From an uncultured Candidatus Saccharibacteria bacterium (GTDB lineage Bacteria > Patescibacteriota > UBA1384 > 2-12-FULL-50-11), in contig CAYHNZ010000001.1 in NCBI GenBank assembly GCA_964358205.1, positions 3,168 through 67,167 of the forward strand: DNA of 64,000 bases, read 5' to 3'. Each line of letters opens with the position of its first letter. The first letter of the stretch is position 1. Shown in pieces: positions 1 to 10,000 of the stretch. The notes beneath the pieces were generated by a model, which did not search any database, was not told where the DNA came from, and saw nothing but the letters and a program-made list of their open reading frames with translations. The position numbers were made by a program, and so were the translations under genes.

Positions 1-38
1 ACAATTATTCTTTTCGTGGTCAGCGTTCTGACGAAACG

Positions 39-512
39 GTGGCGTTAGTGACCAAGCAACATGTTTGGCTCTTAATGCCGATTGCGGCGGTTTGGTTAGT
101 GATCGCTTTAGTTGTCGGTGTGGCCTTACTCGGATTTGGCGCCTCAAAAATAACTTCAATCGTCATCGGCCTGACCGTAGTCATTGGTGCTCTCTATAGC
201 TTTTACTTTTGGTTTATGTGGAACGGCTGTGATTACATTGTCACCAATCAACGAGTGATAAAAATTGATCAGGTTGGTTTGTTTAACCGGATGATTTCCG
301 AGGCCGAAATTCATCGAATCCAAGAAATATCAACCGAGATTAAGGGGCCGATCAGAACCCTGCTTAATTTTGGCACCGTGCGGATTAAAACCGCTTCTGA
401 CGATTCAAAATTAGATCTTGAAGATGTCACTGACCCCTACGATGTCCAGCAAGCCATCGTCCAAATCCAGAAACAAGCTTTAGAGCCATCTCGAGCCCCA
501 AGGCAGGTTTAG
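39..512 (+). CDS. Membrane protein with bacterial PH-like (bPH_2/DUF304-type) domain; GTG start; frame is open to window start so 5' end may be truncated
   Basis: N-terminal 2 TM helices followed by 'YIVTNQRVIKID...' motif typical of YdbS/YdbT-like bPH domains; frame open from nt 3. Confidence 0.45.
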   Translation: MALVTKQHVWLLMPIAAVWLVIALVVGVALLGFGASKITSIVIGLTVVIGALYSFYFWFMWNGCDYIVTNQRVIKIDQVGLFNRMISEAEIHRIQEISTEIKGPIRTLLNFGTVRIKTASDDSKLDLEDVTDPYDVQQAIVQIQKQALEPSRAPRQV

Positions 513-514
513 GG

Positions 515-3500
515 CTAGTTACTGCCGAGAACCTGATTTAGCTGCTCGGTCAGTTCTGGGGAGGGTTTTACCAAGAGTTTGGTCGGGAATACTTTTAACT
601 TCTCGCCCTGCATCATTCGCAGTTCTACCGGCAGGGGGCCGGGGTGGGCTTCCAGAATATTCTTTAGTTCGGCGATCGTTTCTTTAGTAGCCGATTTAGG
701 GAGATGGACAACGAAGGTTGTAGGTACTAGGGACTGGGTACTAGGTACTAGCTTTTGATTGACATTGAAATCACCATTTTTTCTAGCTAGTGGCCAGTTG
801 CCAGTTGCTAGTTGCTTCTTCGGTAAATTCACCGGATTGAGGCCATTCAAGGCCCAGGCCCGGTCAACCAAAACTTTGACGGAATTATCTTTGTCGGAAA
901 TCTTACCTTCGATCAAAACTAGCGTATCCGGCTGCCAAAGATGAGTTAATTCCTGGAAATGCGACGGAAAAACGACCAATTCTAGCGTACCGGTCAGATC
1001 TTCAAGCTCAATAAAGCCCATCGTCTGGCCATTTTTAGTGGTGATTTTTTTTAGTGTATGGATGATGCCGCCGACCCGAACCACTTGGCCGGCTTGGCTG
1101 ATGTCCAGCTCGGCGATCGGAGTGGCCAGCTCGGCCAGCAGGGCCGAAAATTGTTTGAGCGGGTGGTCAGACAAATAAAGTCCGAGCAGTTCTTTCTCCC
1201 AAATTAGATAAGCGGCCTTATCGGCGGTCACTTGCGGTAGCGCCAGTGTCGGGGCGGCACCGTTCTTGGCTCCTTCACCAAAAATCGACAGCTGGCTGGC
1301 GTCAGTCTTGCCGCTAGCGCTGACAAACTTGGTTATCAACTCTAGTCCAGCGTTCAAACGAGCCCGCTCTTCAAACCGATCGAGCGCCCCAGCTTTGATC
1401 ATATTCTCCAACACTTTTTTATTGAGATGGGGGCTATTGCGAACCAAAAAATCGTTCAAATCGGCAAACGAGCCGTTCTTTTTTCGTTCAGTGACGATCG
1501 CTTGAGCGGGGATAGTGCCGACATTTTTTATTGCTCCTAAGCCAAAACGCAGGGCTTTTTTCTCTCGGACAACAGCAAAGTCGGTAAACGATTCGTTGAC
1601 ATCCGGCGGTAAAACCGTCAGCCCCAGTCGCTCGCATTCGCTAATCTCAATCGATAATCGATCGGTATCGCCGAGGTCACTCGTCATCACCGCCGCCATA
1701 AAGCAGTCAGGGTAGTGGGCTTTGAGGTAGGCGGTTTGGAAGGCGATTAGAGCGTAGCAAGTGGCGTGACTTTTGTTGAAAGCATAAGCAGCAAAATCCT
1801 CCAAGGAACGGAAAATGTCGGTCGCCTGGTCTTTGGTGACGCCATTTTTAACCGCCCCGTCGATAAACTTGGTTTTCATCTCTTTCATCAACTTGGGGAT
1901 TTTCTTACCCATCGCTTTACGGAGGGTGTCGGCTTCGGCGCCGGTAAAGCCACACATATCTTTAGACAAACGCATCACTTGTTCCTGGTAAACAGGAATA
2001 CCGTAAGTATCGCGAAGGGCGCTTTCGGCCAACGGATGGAGGTACTTAACCTCCTCTAAACCGTTTTTACGGTCGATAAAACTTTGGATCCACTGCATCG
2101 GCCCTGGTCGGTAGAGCGAGACCATAGCCGTAATATCTTCAAATTTGGTTGGGCGCAATTCTTTGATATAGCGCCGCATCCCGCTACTTTCGAGCTGAAA
2201 GATCGATGTCGTCTCGCCACGGGCGAGCAGCTCAAAGGTTTTCTTATCATCAAGCGGCAGGTTTTCGATATCGATCTTGTCCCCGTAAACGGCTTCAATG
2301 ATTTCGGTCGCCCGGTGCATCGTCGTCAGGTTGGAAAGTCCCAGCAAGTCCATTTTAAGCAAACCGATTTTTTCAATCGGCAACATCGAGTATTGAGTGA
2401 CTTGATGGACGTCACCGCCCTGTGACGGCTGGACGGCGACATAGTTTTCCAACGGCTCTTTGGAGATAACGATGGCGCAGGCGTGTTGAGAGGCATGCCT
2501 AATCGTCCCTTCAAGGTGGGTGGCGGCGTCAATCAACTGCTTGTTTTCTGGGTCAGCGTCGTAGGCCGCTTTCAATTCTGGAGCTTGAGCGACCATTTGG
2601 GCCAGCGGGGTGTGACGGCCTTGAACGGGAGGCGGAACCAGCTTGGCCAAGGCATCGACCTTGCCGTAGGGGATGCCTAGCACCCGGCCGACATCGCGAA
2701 TAGCCGCTCGCGCCATAATTGTCCCAAAAGTAATAATACCAGCGACATGATTAGCGCCGTATTTTTCTTTCAAGTAATCAATCACTTCACCGCGGCGGGT
2801 ATCCTCAAAGTCCATATCAATATCCGGCATCGAGATTCGATTTAAGTCTAGAAAGCGCTCAAAGAGCAGACCGTACTTGAGCGGATCGACATTTGTAATG
2901 CCGGTGACAAAAGCAATAATCGAGCCAGCGGCCGAGCCACGGCCCGGGCCGACATAAATACCTTTGGAGCGGGCAAATTTAATCATATCGGCGACAATCA
3001 GGAAATAACCTGGGAAACCGGTTTTCATGACTGTTTCCAGTTCGTAATCTAGTCGAGCCCGAATTTCGAGGGTAATTTCGCCGTAGCGTTGGTGTAAACC
3101 TTTCTCACACCAAGAGCGCAAATAAGATTCCTCTGTTTCGCCCTTCGGTAGCTGGAAATGGGGCAGAAGACTTTGGCCGAGCGGAATCTCTAAATTGACC
3201 ATGTCGGCAATTTTTAGGGTATTAGACAGCGCTTCCGGCACATCACTAAAGGCCTCGGCCAATTCCTGGGGAGTTTTGAGCGAGAAATCACCGCCGTAGA
3301 CCATCCGATCGGTATCGCTGACTAATTTGCCAGTTTGAATGCAAATCAATTGGTCGTGGGCGACGGAGTCGTTGGAGTTAACATAGTGAACATCGTTGGT
3401 GGCAATCAGCGGTAGGCCAGTTTTGACGGCCAAATCTTTGAGATGAGTGTTCAGAACTTGCTGTTCGGGAATCGACGGGTGATGCTGGAGTTCGAGATAG

Positions 3501-4048
3501 TAATTATCTTTACCAAAAATCTCGCTGTACTCGCCGACGGTTTCGTTCAAGCCCTTGAAATCTTTGTTTTCGATCAGACGAGAAGTTTCGCTGGCCAGGC
3601 AGGCGGTGGTGGCAATCAGTCCTTCGTGATGGCGGGAGAGTAAATCGCGATCGATTCGAGGTTTGTAGTAGTAGCCATCTAGGTGGGCGGCGGAAGTGAG
3701 CTTGATCAAGTTTTGGTAGCCCTGAAAATTTTTAGCCAGGAGTAAAAGGTGATAGGGCTTGATGTCCTCGCCAGCGGTTTTGTCAGACATTTTGCGCCTG
3801 GCCACATAGGCCTCTACGCCGATAATCGGCTTGATGTCTTGTTTCTGACACTCCAGATAAAACTCGATCGCCCCGTACATCACACCGTGATCGGTAATGG
3901 CCAGTGCCGGCATCTCCAGCTCCTTGGCGCGACCAACTAATTCCGGCACCTTCCCCAACCCATCAAGCAATGAGTAATGCGAGTGAACATGAAGATGGAC
4001 AAAATTAGGTTTATCCGTCGTAGCTTTAGCGAAGTCGGGCTTACTCAT
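515..4048 (-). CDS. dnaE: DNA polymerase III alpha subunit (PHP domain + Pol IIIa core + OB fold), with low-complexity C-terminal tail; alternative start at 4096
   Basis: N-terminal PHP motif 'FVHLHVHSHYSLLDG', length ~1,180 aa, conserved Pol IIIa core motifs ('GFPGYFLIVAD', 'KMDLLGL'). Confidence 0.9.
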   Translation of the reverse strand: MSKPDFAKATTDKPNFVHLHVHSHYSLLDGLGKVPELVGRAKELEMPALAITDHGVMYGAIEFYLECQKQDIKPIIGVEAYVARRKMSDKTAGEDIKPYHLLLLAKNFQGYQNLIKLTSAAHLDGYYYKPRIDRDLLSRHHEGLIATTACLASETSRLIENKDFKGLNETVGEYSEIFGKDNYYLELQHHPSIPEQQVLNTHLKDLAVKTGLPLIATNDVHYVNSNDSVAHDQLICIQTGKLVSDTDRMVYGGDFSLKTPQELAEAFSDVPEALSNTLKIADMVNLEIPLGQSLLPHFQLPKGETEESYLRSWCEKGLHQRYGEITLEIRARLDYELETVMKTGFPGYFLIVADMIKFARSKGIYVGPGRGSAAGSIIAFVTGITNVDPLKYGLLFERFLDLNRISMPDIDMDFEDTRRGEVIDYLKEKYGANHVAGIITFGTIMARAAIRDVGRVLGIPYGKVDALAKLVPPPVQGRHTPLAQMVAQAPELKAAYDADPENKQLIDAATHLEGTIRHASQHACAIVISKEPLENYVAVQPSQGGDVHQVTQYSMLPIEKIGLLKMDLLGLSNLTTMHRATEIIEAVYGDKIDIENLPLDDKKTFELLARGETTSIFQLESSGMRRYIKELRPTKFEDITAMVSLYRPGPMQWIQSFIDRKNGLEEVKYLHPLAESALRDTYGIPVYQEQVMRLSKDMCGFTGAEADTLRKAMGKKIPKLMKEMKTKFIDGAVKNGVTKDQATDIFRSLEDFAAYAFNKSHATCYALIAFQTAYLKAHYPDCFMAAVMTSDLGDTDRLSIEISECERLGLTVLPPDVNESFTDFAVVREKKALRFGLGAIKNVGTIPAQAIVTERKKNGSFADLNDFLVRNSPHLNKKVLENMIKAGALDRFEERARLNAGLELITKFVSASGKTDASQLSIFGEGAKNGAAPTLALPQVTADKAAYLIWEKELLGLYLSDHPLKQFSALLAELATPIAELDISQAGQVVRVGGIIHTLKKITTKNGQTMGFIELEDLTGTLELVVFPSHFQELTHLWQPDTLVLIEGKISDKDNSVKVLVDRAWALNGLNPVNLPKKQLATGNWPLARKNGDFNVNQKLVPSTQSLVPTTFVVHLPKSATKETIAELKNILEAHPGPLPVELRMMQGEKLKVFPTKLLVKPSPELTEQLNQVLGSN
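716..751. repeat. GGGACT/AGTCCC-type hexamer microsatellite at dnaE 3' end (GGTACTAGGGACTGGGTACTAGGTACTAG); related copies at 4821-4935 in rplS tail
   Basis: Read directly; encodes 'LVPSTQSLVPTT' in DnaE and '[11 protein letters not shown]...SPVP' in L19. Confidence 0.7.
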
Positions 4049-4162
4049 CGGCTTTCTTGTTGTAACAACAAGAGGGGTTTTTAGCAAAAAGCTCAATATC
4101 TTCAGAGCATCTTAACGTTCAATTGACGCTTCCCAAGAAATTCGATATAATTTTCTCTACAA

Positions 4163-4435
4163 ATGGCGCATACAAAGGCGAAAGGTTCTAGTAAGAATAA
4201 CCGAGACTCGCAGTCGAAACGACTGGGGGTAAAGATTTATGGTGGGGAGGTGGTCAAAAAAGGCATGATCATCCTTCGTCAGCGTGGCAGTAAATATTTT
4301 ATGGGCGAAGGTGTCCAGAACGGTAACGACGATACGATTTTTGCCGTTGCCGACGGCGAGGTTAAATTTACCGAGAAAAAAGTCGTTAATTTTGCTGGTA
4401 ATCGGTCGCTTAAAACTTTTGTATCAGTAAAATGA
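4163..4435 (+). CDS. rpmA: 50S ribosomal protein L27
   Basis: '[24 protein letters not shown]...' canonical L27 N-terminus; 90 aa. Confidence 0.9.
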   Translation: MAHTKAKGSSKNNRDSQSKRLGVKIYGGEVVKKGMIILRQRGSKYFMGEGVQNGNDDTIFAVADGEVKFTEKKVVNFAGNRSLKTFVSVK

Positions 4436-5085
4436 GCTTGAACGTTATCGACAAATTTCAGGTCACTCAAATGAAAGCCAAGGTCGCCGATGTTCGACCG
4501 GGCGAAACGGTTAAGGTTCACTACAAAATTCGCGAAGGCGGTAAAGAGCGTATTCAGATTTTTGAAGGTCTGGTAATCGGGACGAAAGCCACCAAATCTT
4601 ACCAAGGCTCTTTTACTGTTCGCAAAGTCGTTGACAGTATCGGTGTCGAGCGAACATTTCCGTTTCATTCGCCGTGGGTCACTAAAGTTGAGCGAGTTAA
4701 ATCCGGTAAAGTTCGCCGAGCCAAACTCAATTTTGTTCGCGAATACGCCATGTCCCGCCGTTTCAAGCTCAAAGACACGGGCTTGGCCGGGACAACCTGG
4801 GAGGAACTAGAAAAACAGGAACTAGGAGCTAGGGACTCGGGACTAGATGGAAAACCAGTACCTAGTTCCCAGTCCCCAGTCCCAGTCAATGCCCAGTCCC
4901 CAGTACCAGCCGAAGCCGAGTCCCCAGTCCCAGCTACCGCCGAACTTGTCAAAGCGGACGAAGCCACGGACAATGGCTCTGATGTCATTTCAGGGCAAGC
5001 TATTAGGGGCGAAAGCGGAGAACTGGGCGACGCAGTATCTGAAGGAAAAGAAATTCCGGATTCTGAAACGAAACTTCCGAACTAA
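4432..5085 (+). CDS. rplS: 50S ribosomal protein L19 with ~100-aa low-complexity C-terminal extension (SPVP repeats); ATGA overlap with rpmA
   Basis: L19 core ('[26 protein letters not shown]...') for first ~117 aa; ORF continues through hexamer-repeat DNA to 5085. Confidence 0.75.
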   Translation: MSLNVIDKFQVTQMKAKVADVRPGETVKVHYKIREGGKERIQIFEGLVIGTKATKSYQGSFTVRKVVDSIGVERTFPFHSPWVTKVERVKSGKVRRAKLNFVREYAMSRRFKLKDTGLAGTTWEELEKQELGARDSGLDGKPVPSSQSPVPVNAQSPVPAEAESPVPATAELVKADEATDNGSDVISGQAIRGESGELGDAVSEGKEIPDSETKLPN

Positions 5086-5344
5086 ATACGGCGAGATCGA
5101 CATTCTGGCTGGAGACGGTAAAACGCTGGTAATTGTTGAGGTTAAAGCTAAAACTTCCGATCGCCAAGGTGCGGCAATTGAAATGATCACCCCACGCAAA
5201 CGGGAGAAATTAATTTTGCTCTCCCATGAATTAATGATGAAATATCAGACCAACAATATCCGGATCGACGTCGTCACGGTTGACAACGCCGAAGATCAAC
5301 CAGCGATGAAGCACCATAAAGGTATAATAGAAAGTAACTATTAG
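4973..5344 (+). CDS. yraN: YraN-family (UPF0102) predicted endonuclease; start overlaps rplS tail
   Basis: '...[26 protein letters not shown]...RIDVVTV' matches YraN/UPF0102 pattern (GEIDxI, VEVK, RxDV); internal ATG at 4973 chosen over spurious upstream low-complexity ORF start 4847. Confidence 0.6.
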   Translation: MALMSFQGKLLGAKAENWATQYLKEKKFRILKRNFRTKYGEIDILAGDGKTLVIVEVKAKTSDRQGAAIEMITPRKREKLILLSHELMMKYQTNNIRIDVVTVDNAEDQPAMKHHKGIIESNY

Positions 5345-5348
5345 TTAT

Positions 5349-5480
5349 GAAAATCCCAAATCCCAATAATACAAATCCCAAACAAATCACAATATTCAAA
5401 TGCTCCAAGTTTTTGAATAGTTGGGGTTTTGGTAATTTGAGTTTGTTTGGAGCTTGGGATTTGGGATTTGGGATTTGGGG
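5349..5480. repeat. Long imperfect inverted repeat (AAATCCCAAATCCCAA... / ...TTGGGATTTGGGATTTGGG) with nested 8-bp palindrome (TATTCAAA/TTTGAATA); right arm carries G3N4G3N4G3N4G4 quadruplex motif (5456-5480)
   Basis: Read directly: left arm 5349-5390, right arm 5437-5482, four G-tracts at 5456-58, 5463-65, 5470-72, 5477-80, 12 nt before gltX ATG. Confidence 0.7.
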
Positions 5481-5492
5481 TTTTACTTATTG

Positions 5493-6950
5493 ATGGCTGA
5501 AGAAATTAGAGTTCGGATTGCTCCCAGCCCCACCGGCCGGTTTCATATTGGTACCGCCAGAACGGCCTTGTTTAATTACCTATTTGCCAAAAAGTTCGGC
5601 GGTAAATTTATTGTCCGAGTTGAAGATACTGATCAGGAGCGTCACGACGATTCGTCGCTAAAAGATATTCTCGAAGGTCTGTTGTGGTTAGGCATGAGCT
5701 GGGACGAAGGACCGGAAGTTGGTGGGCCTTATGGGCCGTACTTCCAGCAAGAACGACTCGGATTATATCAGCCGTTTGTTGACCAGCTACTGGAGAAAAA
5801 AACGGCCTACCGCTGTTACTGCACTCCGGAAGAATTGACGGCCGAGCGCGAAAGCCAGCAGGGTCATCACGCCGCACCCAAATACTCCGGTCGCTGTCGT
5901 AATTTATCAGCCCAAGAAATCGATCAGTTCGAACAGGCCGGTCGCACCAGTGCCGTTCGCTTTGTCGTCGAGCCGCAAACAGTTGGCTTTGACGATCTTG
6001 TTAAAGGCAAGGTTGAATTTGACGCATCGCTGTTTGGGGATTTTGTCATTCAAAGATCAGACGGTATGCCGCTGTTTGTTTTCTCCAATGTTATTGACGA
6101 TAATTTGATGAAAATTAGCCACGTTCTGCGAGGCGAAGAACACTTAGTCAACACCGCTAAACAAATGCTACTTGCTAACGCTCTAAATTTCTTGAGTCCG
6201 CAATTCGGACATTTCCCGCTGATTTTAAACGCTGATCGGTCGAAGATGAGTAAGCGCAAGAATCCGGTTTCAATATCGGACGACTACAAGGCCAAAGGTT
6301 TCTTGCCCGATGCCCTAGTCAACTTCATCGCCCTTTTGGGCTGGAATTCCGGTACCGACCAGGAGATATTCTCGCTGGCGGAGCTGGTTGACGAGTTTGA
6401 GATCAAGCGTGTAGGTACCAGCCCGTCAATATTTGATCCTGAAAAATTGCTCTGGATGAACGGCTACTACATTCGTCAGAAATCAATCGGTGAGATCGCC
6501 TCCGAAGCCCAAAATTTTATTACCGACAAGGAGCTCTTTCAAAAAACCCTCGCTAAGCCCGATTATTTTTTGGAAGCAATCGGCTTAGTTCACGATCGGA
6601 TGAAAATCTTGAGCGAAACGGAGGGATTAATCAACTACTTTTTCACCGCTCCCGAATATGATCCAGCGCTCTTAATCGCTAAAAAATCGACCAAAGAAAA
6701 TACCTTGGCCGCCCTCAAAGCGGCTGCTACTGTGGTTGGCGGGCTCAAAACTATGGCGCTCGATGAAGTTGAGCCAGCTCTGCGCGGTGCCGCAACAGAT
6801 CTAAAAATTAAAGATGGCGAACTGCTCTGGGCCGTCCGAGTCGCTCTATCTGGTCGCGACGCTTCACCGGGGGCATTTGAATTATTATCTGTAATTGGCA
6901 GGGAAGAGTCTTTGAAGCGCCTTAATTCTGCTATCGCTAAATTCAGGTAA
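5493..6950 (+). CDS. gltX: Glutamyl-tRNA synthetase (class I, HIGH 'HIGTAR', KMSK 'KMSKRK')
   Basis: 'IRVRIAPSPTGRFHIGTARTALFNYLFA', 'KMSKRKNP'; start moved to internal ATG 5493 matching GluRS N-terminus. Confidence 0.9.
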   Translation: MAEEIRVRIAPSPTGRFHIGTARTALFNYLFAKKFGGKFIVRVEDTDQERHDDSSLKDILEGLLWLGMSWDEGPEVGGPYGPYFQQERLGLYQPFVDQLLEKKTAYRCYCTPEELTAERESQQGHHAAPKYSGRCRNLSAQEIDQFEQAGRTSAVRFVVEPQTVGFDDLVKGKVEFDASLFGDFVIQRSDGMPLFVFSNVIDDNLMKISHVLRGEEHLVNTAKQMLLANALNFLSPQFGHFPLILNADRSKMSKRKNPVSISDDYKAKGFLPDALVNFIALLGWNSGTDQEIFSLAELVDEFEIKRVGTSPSIFDPEKLLWMNGYYIRQKSIGEIASEAQNFITDKELFQKTLAKPDYFLEAIGLVHDRMKILSETEGLINYFFTAPEYDPALLIAKKSTKENTLAALKAAATVVGGLKTMALDEVEPALRGAATDLKIKDGELLWAVRVALSGRDASPGAFELLSVIGREESLKRLNSAIAKFR

Positions 6951-7042
6951 TTATTGTTGACGGCCACCCTGTTTTAACGCATTGTTAAAGCACATGGAGG
7001 GTTTGTTTATATCCACTTACATGGGAGAGGGGGTTTTAGAGT

Positions 7043-10000
7043 ATGGCTCCACAGATTCAACGTGCCAGACGGCGATTTGACGGAGTTTACCAAGCCACTA
7101 GGGGAAAAATCCTTTGCGAGTACAATCTCCACCCAGTCAGGTTCTTCTCGGTATTTTTTTCCGTAGTTGTGTTACTCGGAGTAATCGCCTTCTTTAAGCC
7201 GGTTAGTGCCAGTATCGGTCTGCATCTAGACCAACGGGAGCTACAAAACAAATACCCGAATTTTTGGACATTGGCCGAACAAAAGAAGATCTCTCCAAGC
7301 AGCGATAAATATTTTATTGGAGACGAGCCGGTAGTGCCAAGTTCAAGCCCAGTTGTACTGGCCGTGGCCAGCGATTCTACAAACATTGAAGTAACCGCCG
7401 ACAGCGCGCACGAAGATATTGGTCAAAATCCTAACCAGTTCACAAAAAGCGTTAGCGTCGAACAGGTTGAAAGGGGGACGAAAATCTCCCAAAAGGAGAC
7501 CGATGGGCAAGCTGGCCTGTACAGAATCAAAGCCCAAGACAGGGTGACCGGTGCTGTTACGGCTGAAGAAACCATCGCTTGGGGGGTATTGGCGTTCAAC
7601 CCAGACTATTCAATCTACCCGACTGATACATCCGCCACTTTGGCGATGGCGGTCCTTGATGACCGAGGCAAGATGATCTGTGACGCCTCGCTGACGATCG
7701 AGATTACCGATCCAAACGGCAACAAAAAAATCTTATCGACCGAAAATGAGCTAGTGCTGGTAAATAATGCGTGTCTAATCTACGGCCCTACTTCTGAACC
7801 AGATTATATTGCCAATTATCAAACCGGCACTGAAGGCGATTATCAAGTCACGATAAAGGCACGTGTAGGAAGCGGTGTACGAACGCTCCACGACAAGTTT
7901 TCAGTTAAAGATAATCAGCCGTTTTACTTGCAGCGAGTCGGGGCGACTCGGACTTTTCCGAACGCTGAATATGTCTACAAACTTAATTTTCAGCCCAAAG
8001 TTGACGGCCAATATCAACTCACCGAAACTGTGCCGGCCGAGTTCATTATTTCCGACACCAGCGCCAAGATTACAGAGGTCGGTGATGTCAAAAAATTAGT
8101 CTGGCAAGTTGACGCCAAAGCTAAAGCAGACCAAACGTTGATGTTCGGTTACAAAGGGCCGCTCAAATCACCGCATCTTTATACTTTCGGCCCCGCCGAA
8201 GTCAGCTATGTCGCTGACGCTCGCTCTTCGTCGATAACTCAAAGTCAGCAATCAGCCAGCCGCAAGCTGCAAGCTGAAAGCTGGACCGAACCTCGGGCCT
8301 GGCAGATCGCCTCCGATGCGCCCTCCACCGTCAACTGGGATGGCAGCTCAAGTGCCAACTGGTCAGATGGCGCCAACTGGTCAACCAATGCCATACCACA
8401 GGCTGGCGACAACTTAGTTTTCCCGGCTGGTGCTGCAAATAAATCCAATTCCAACGATCTCGGCGAAAATATGCTGTTTAACTCGATTACTTTTAATGAC
8501 AGTGGCTACACCCTGGCTGGCAACACAATTATTGTCGGCCAAGGATTAAACGGCATCACCGACGCCGTAGTTTCTGGCGGAAACACCATTAGTCTTAACT
8601 TGCGCGTTGATGTAACTCGTTGGTTAACTGTCACCAATAGCGGTGAAACGTTAACAATTTCGGGAACGATTGCTGGCGTTGGCGGTATCACCAAAGAAGG
8701 TCAAGGCAAGTTGGTTCTATCTGGCGCAAATACCTACGGCGGCGTCACCAAAATTAACGGCGGTGATATTAGCGCACGAAGCAACACGGCTCTCGGCACC
8801 ATCGCCACCGGCACGGAAGTTGTAGGAGAAGCGGCGTTAGAATTACAAGGCACAATCGCTATCGGTCGCGAGCCGCTAACGCTGCGTGGCTACGGCGAAT
8901 CGAGCGGCGGCGCGCTTAAGAACGTTTCGGATAGTAATAGTTTTGATGGGCTGATCACTATTGCCGGTATCGCTGAAATTCAATCTGATTCTGGCACACT
9001 CACGCTAAACGGCGGCGTCACTGGTGCGGCAATCCCACTTGTTCTTGATGGGGCTGGCAATATTACGTTTGCCAAAGCCCCGGTCGCAAACACCAGCGGC
9101 TTAATCACTAAAAACGGCGCCGGGACGCTAACGTACAATTTCCCTAACACCTATACTGGTTTGACAACCGTCAATGCCGGGACGCTGACCTACGGGGTCG
9201 ATAACGCGATACTGTCTGGTGGTATCACCGTTAACGGCGGGACTGTCGATATCGCCACGTTCTCCGATATGGTCGGAACGGTGACGCTCGGGACGCTGGC
9301 CGGTGGGAGCGGCATTATTACTGGCTCGACCGGTGTGTTGAGCAGTGCGTCGTATGTGGTGTATGTCGGAACGATTAGCGCCATTATCGCCGGTGACGGT
9401 GGCACTTTAGCGAAATCGACCCCGGGAACGGTGACCCTAACTCGTCCAAATCTATTCAGCGGTGCGACCACGGTCACCGTCGGCACCCTGAAGATTCAAG
9501 ACAGCTTGGCGCTGGGCGTGATCGACGGCATTACCACTGTTTCCGCCGGTGCGACGTTGCAAGTTGATGGCACTGGCTTGTCGATCCCCGAATTTATAAC
9601 TATCTCGGGTGTCGGCCTTTTAAACCAAGGTGTGATCTGGAATTCAACCGGCAGCAACACCGTTACTGGCCTGGTGACCATGGCGGCCGCTTCAACTATT
9701 AAGGCTGATGTTAGTACTACCATTACGTACGCGACGAACGGTTTCACTGGAGCGTTCGGCTTAACCGTCAACGGGGATGGAGACACGACAATTTCCGGGC
9801 CGATTGCGACGACGAGCGGTACGCTCTCAAAAAATGGCCCTGGCACGCTCACCCTCACCGCCTTCAATCCCTACACCGGGGCCACCACAATCAATACCGG
9901 CACGCTCACCTTGAACAGTAACGGCGCCATCACTATGTCAGCTTCGATCGCCATCAACTCAAACGGGAAACTAATCGCTGATAACAGCAGCGTGGTCACT

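Noticed and set aside
4847-4972. N-terminal extension '[27 protein letters not shown]...' of the yraN ORF
   Set aside because: Translation of the hexamer microsatellite in an alternative frame. The YraN homology begins at the internal Met (4973).
6964-7042. Possible promoter (TTGACG ... TTGTTA) and G-rich RBS upstream of the giant gene
   Set aside because: Spacer length and the -10 match are poor, so there is not enough support to annotate.
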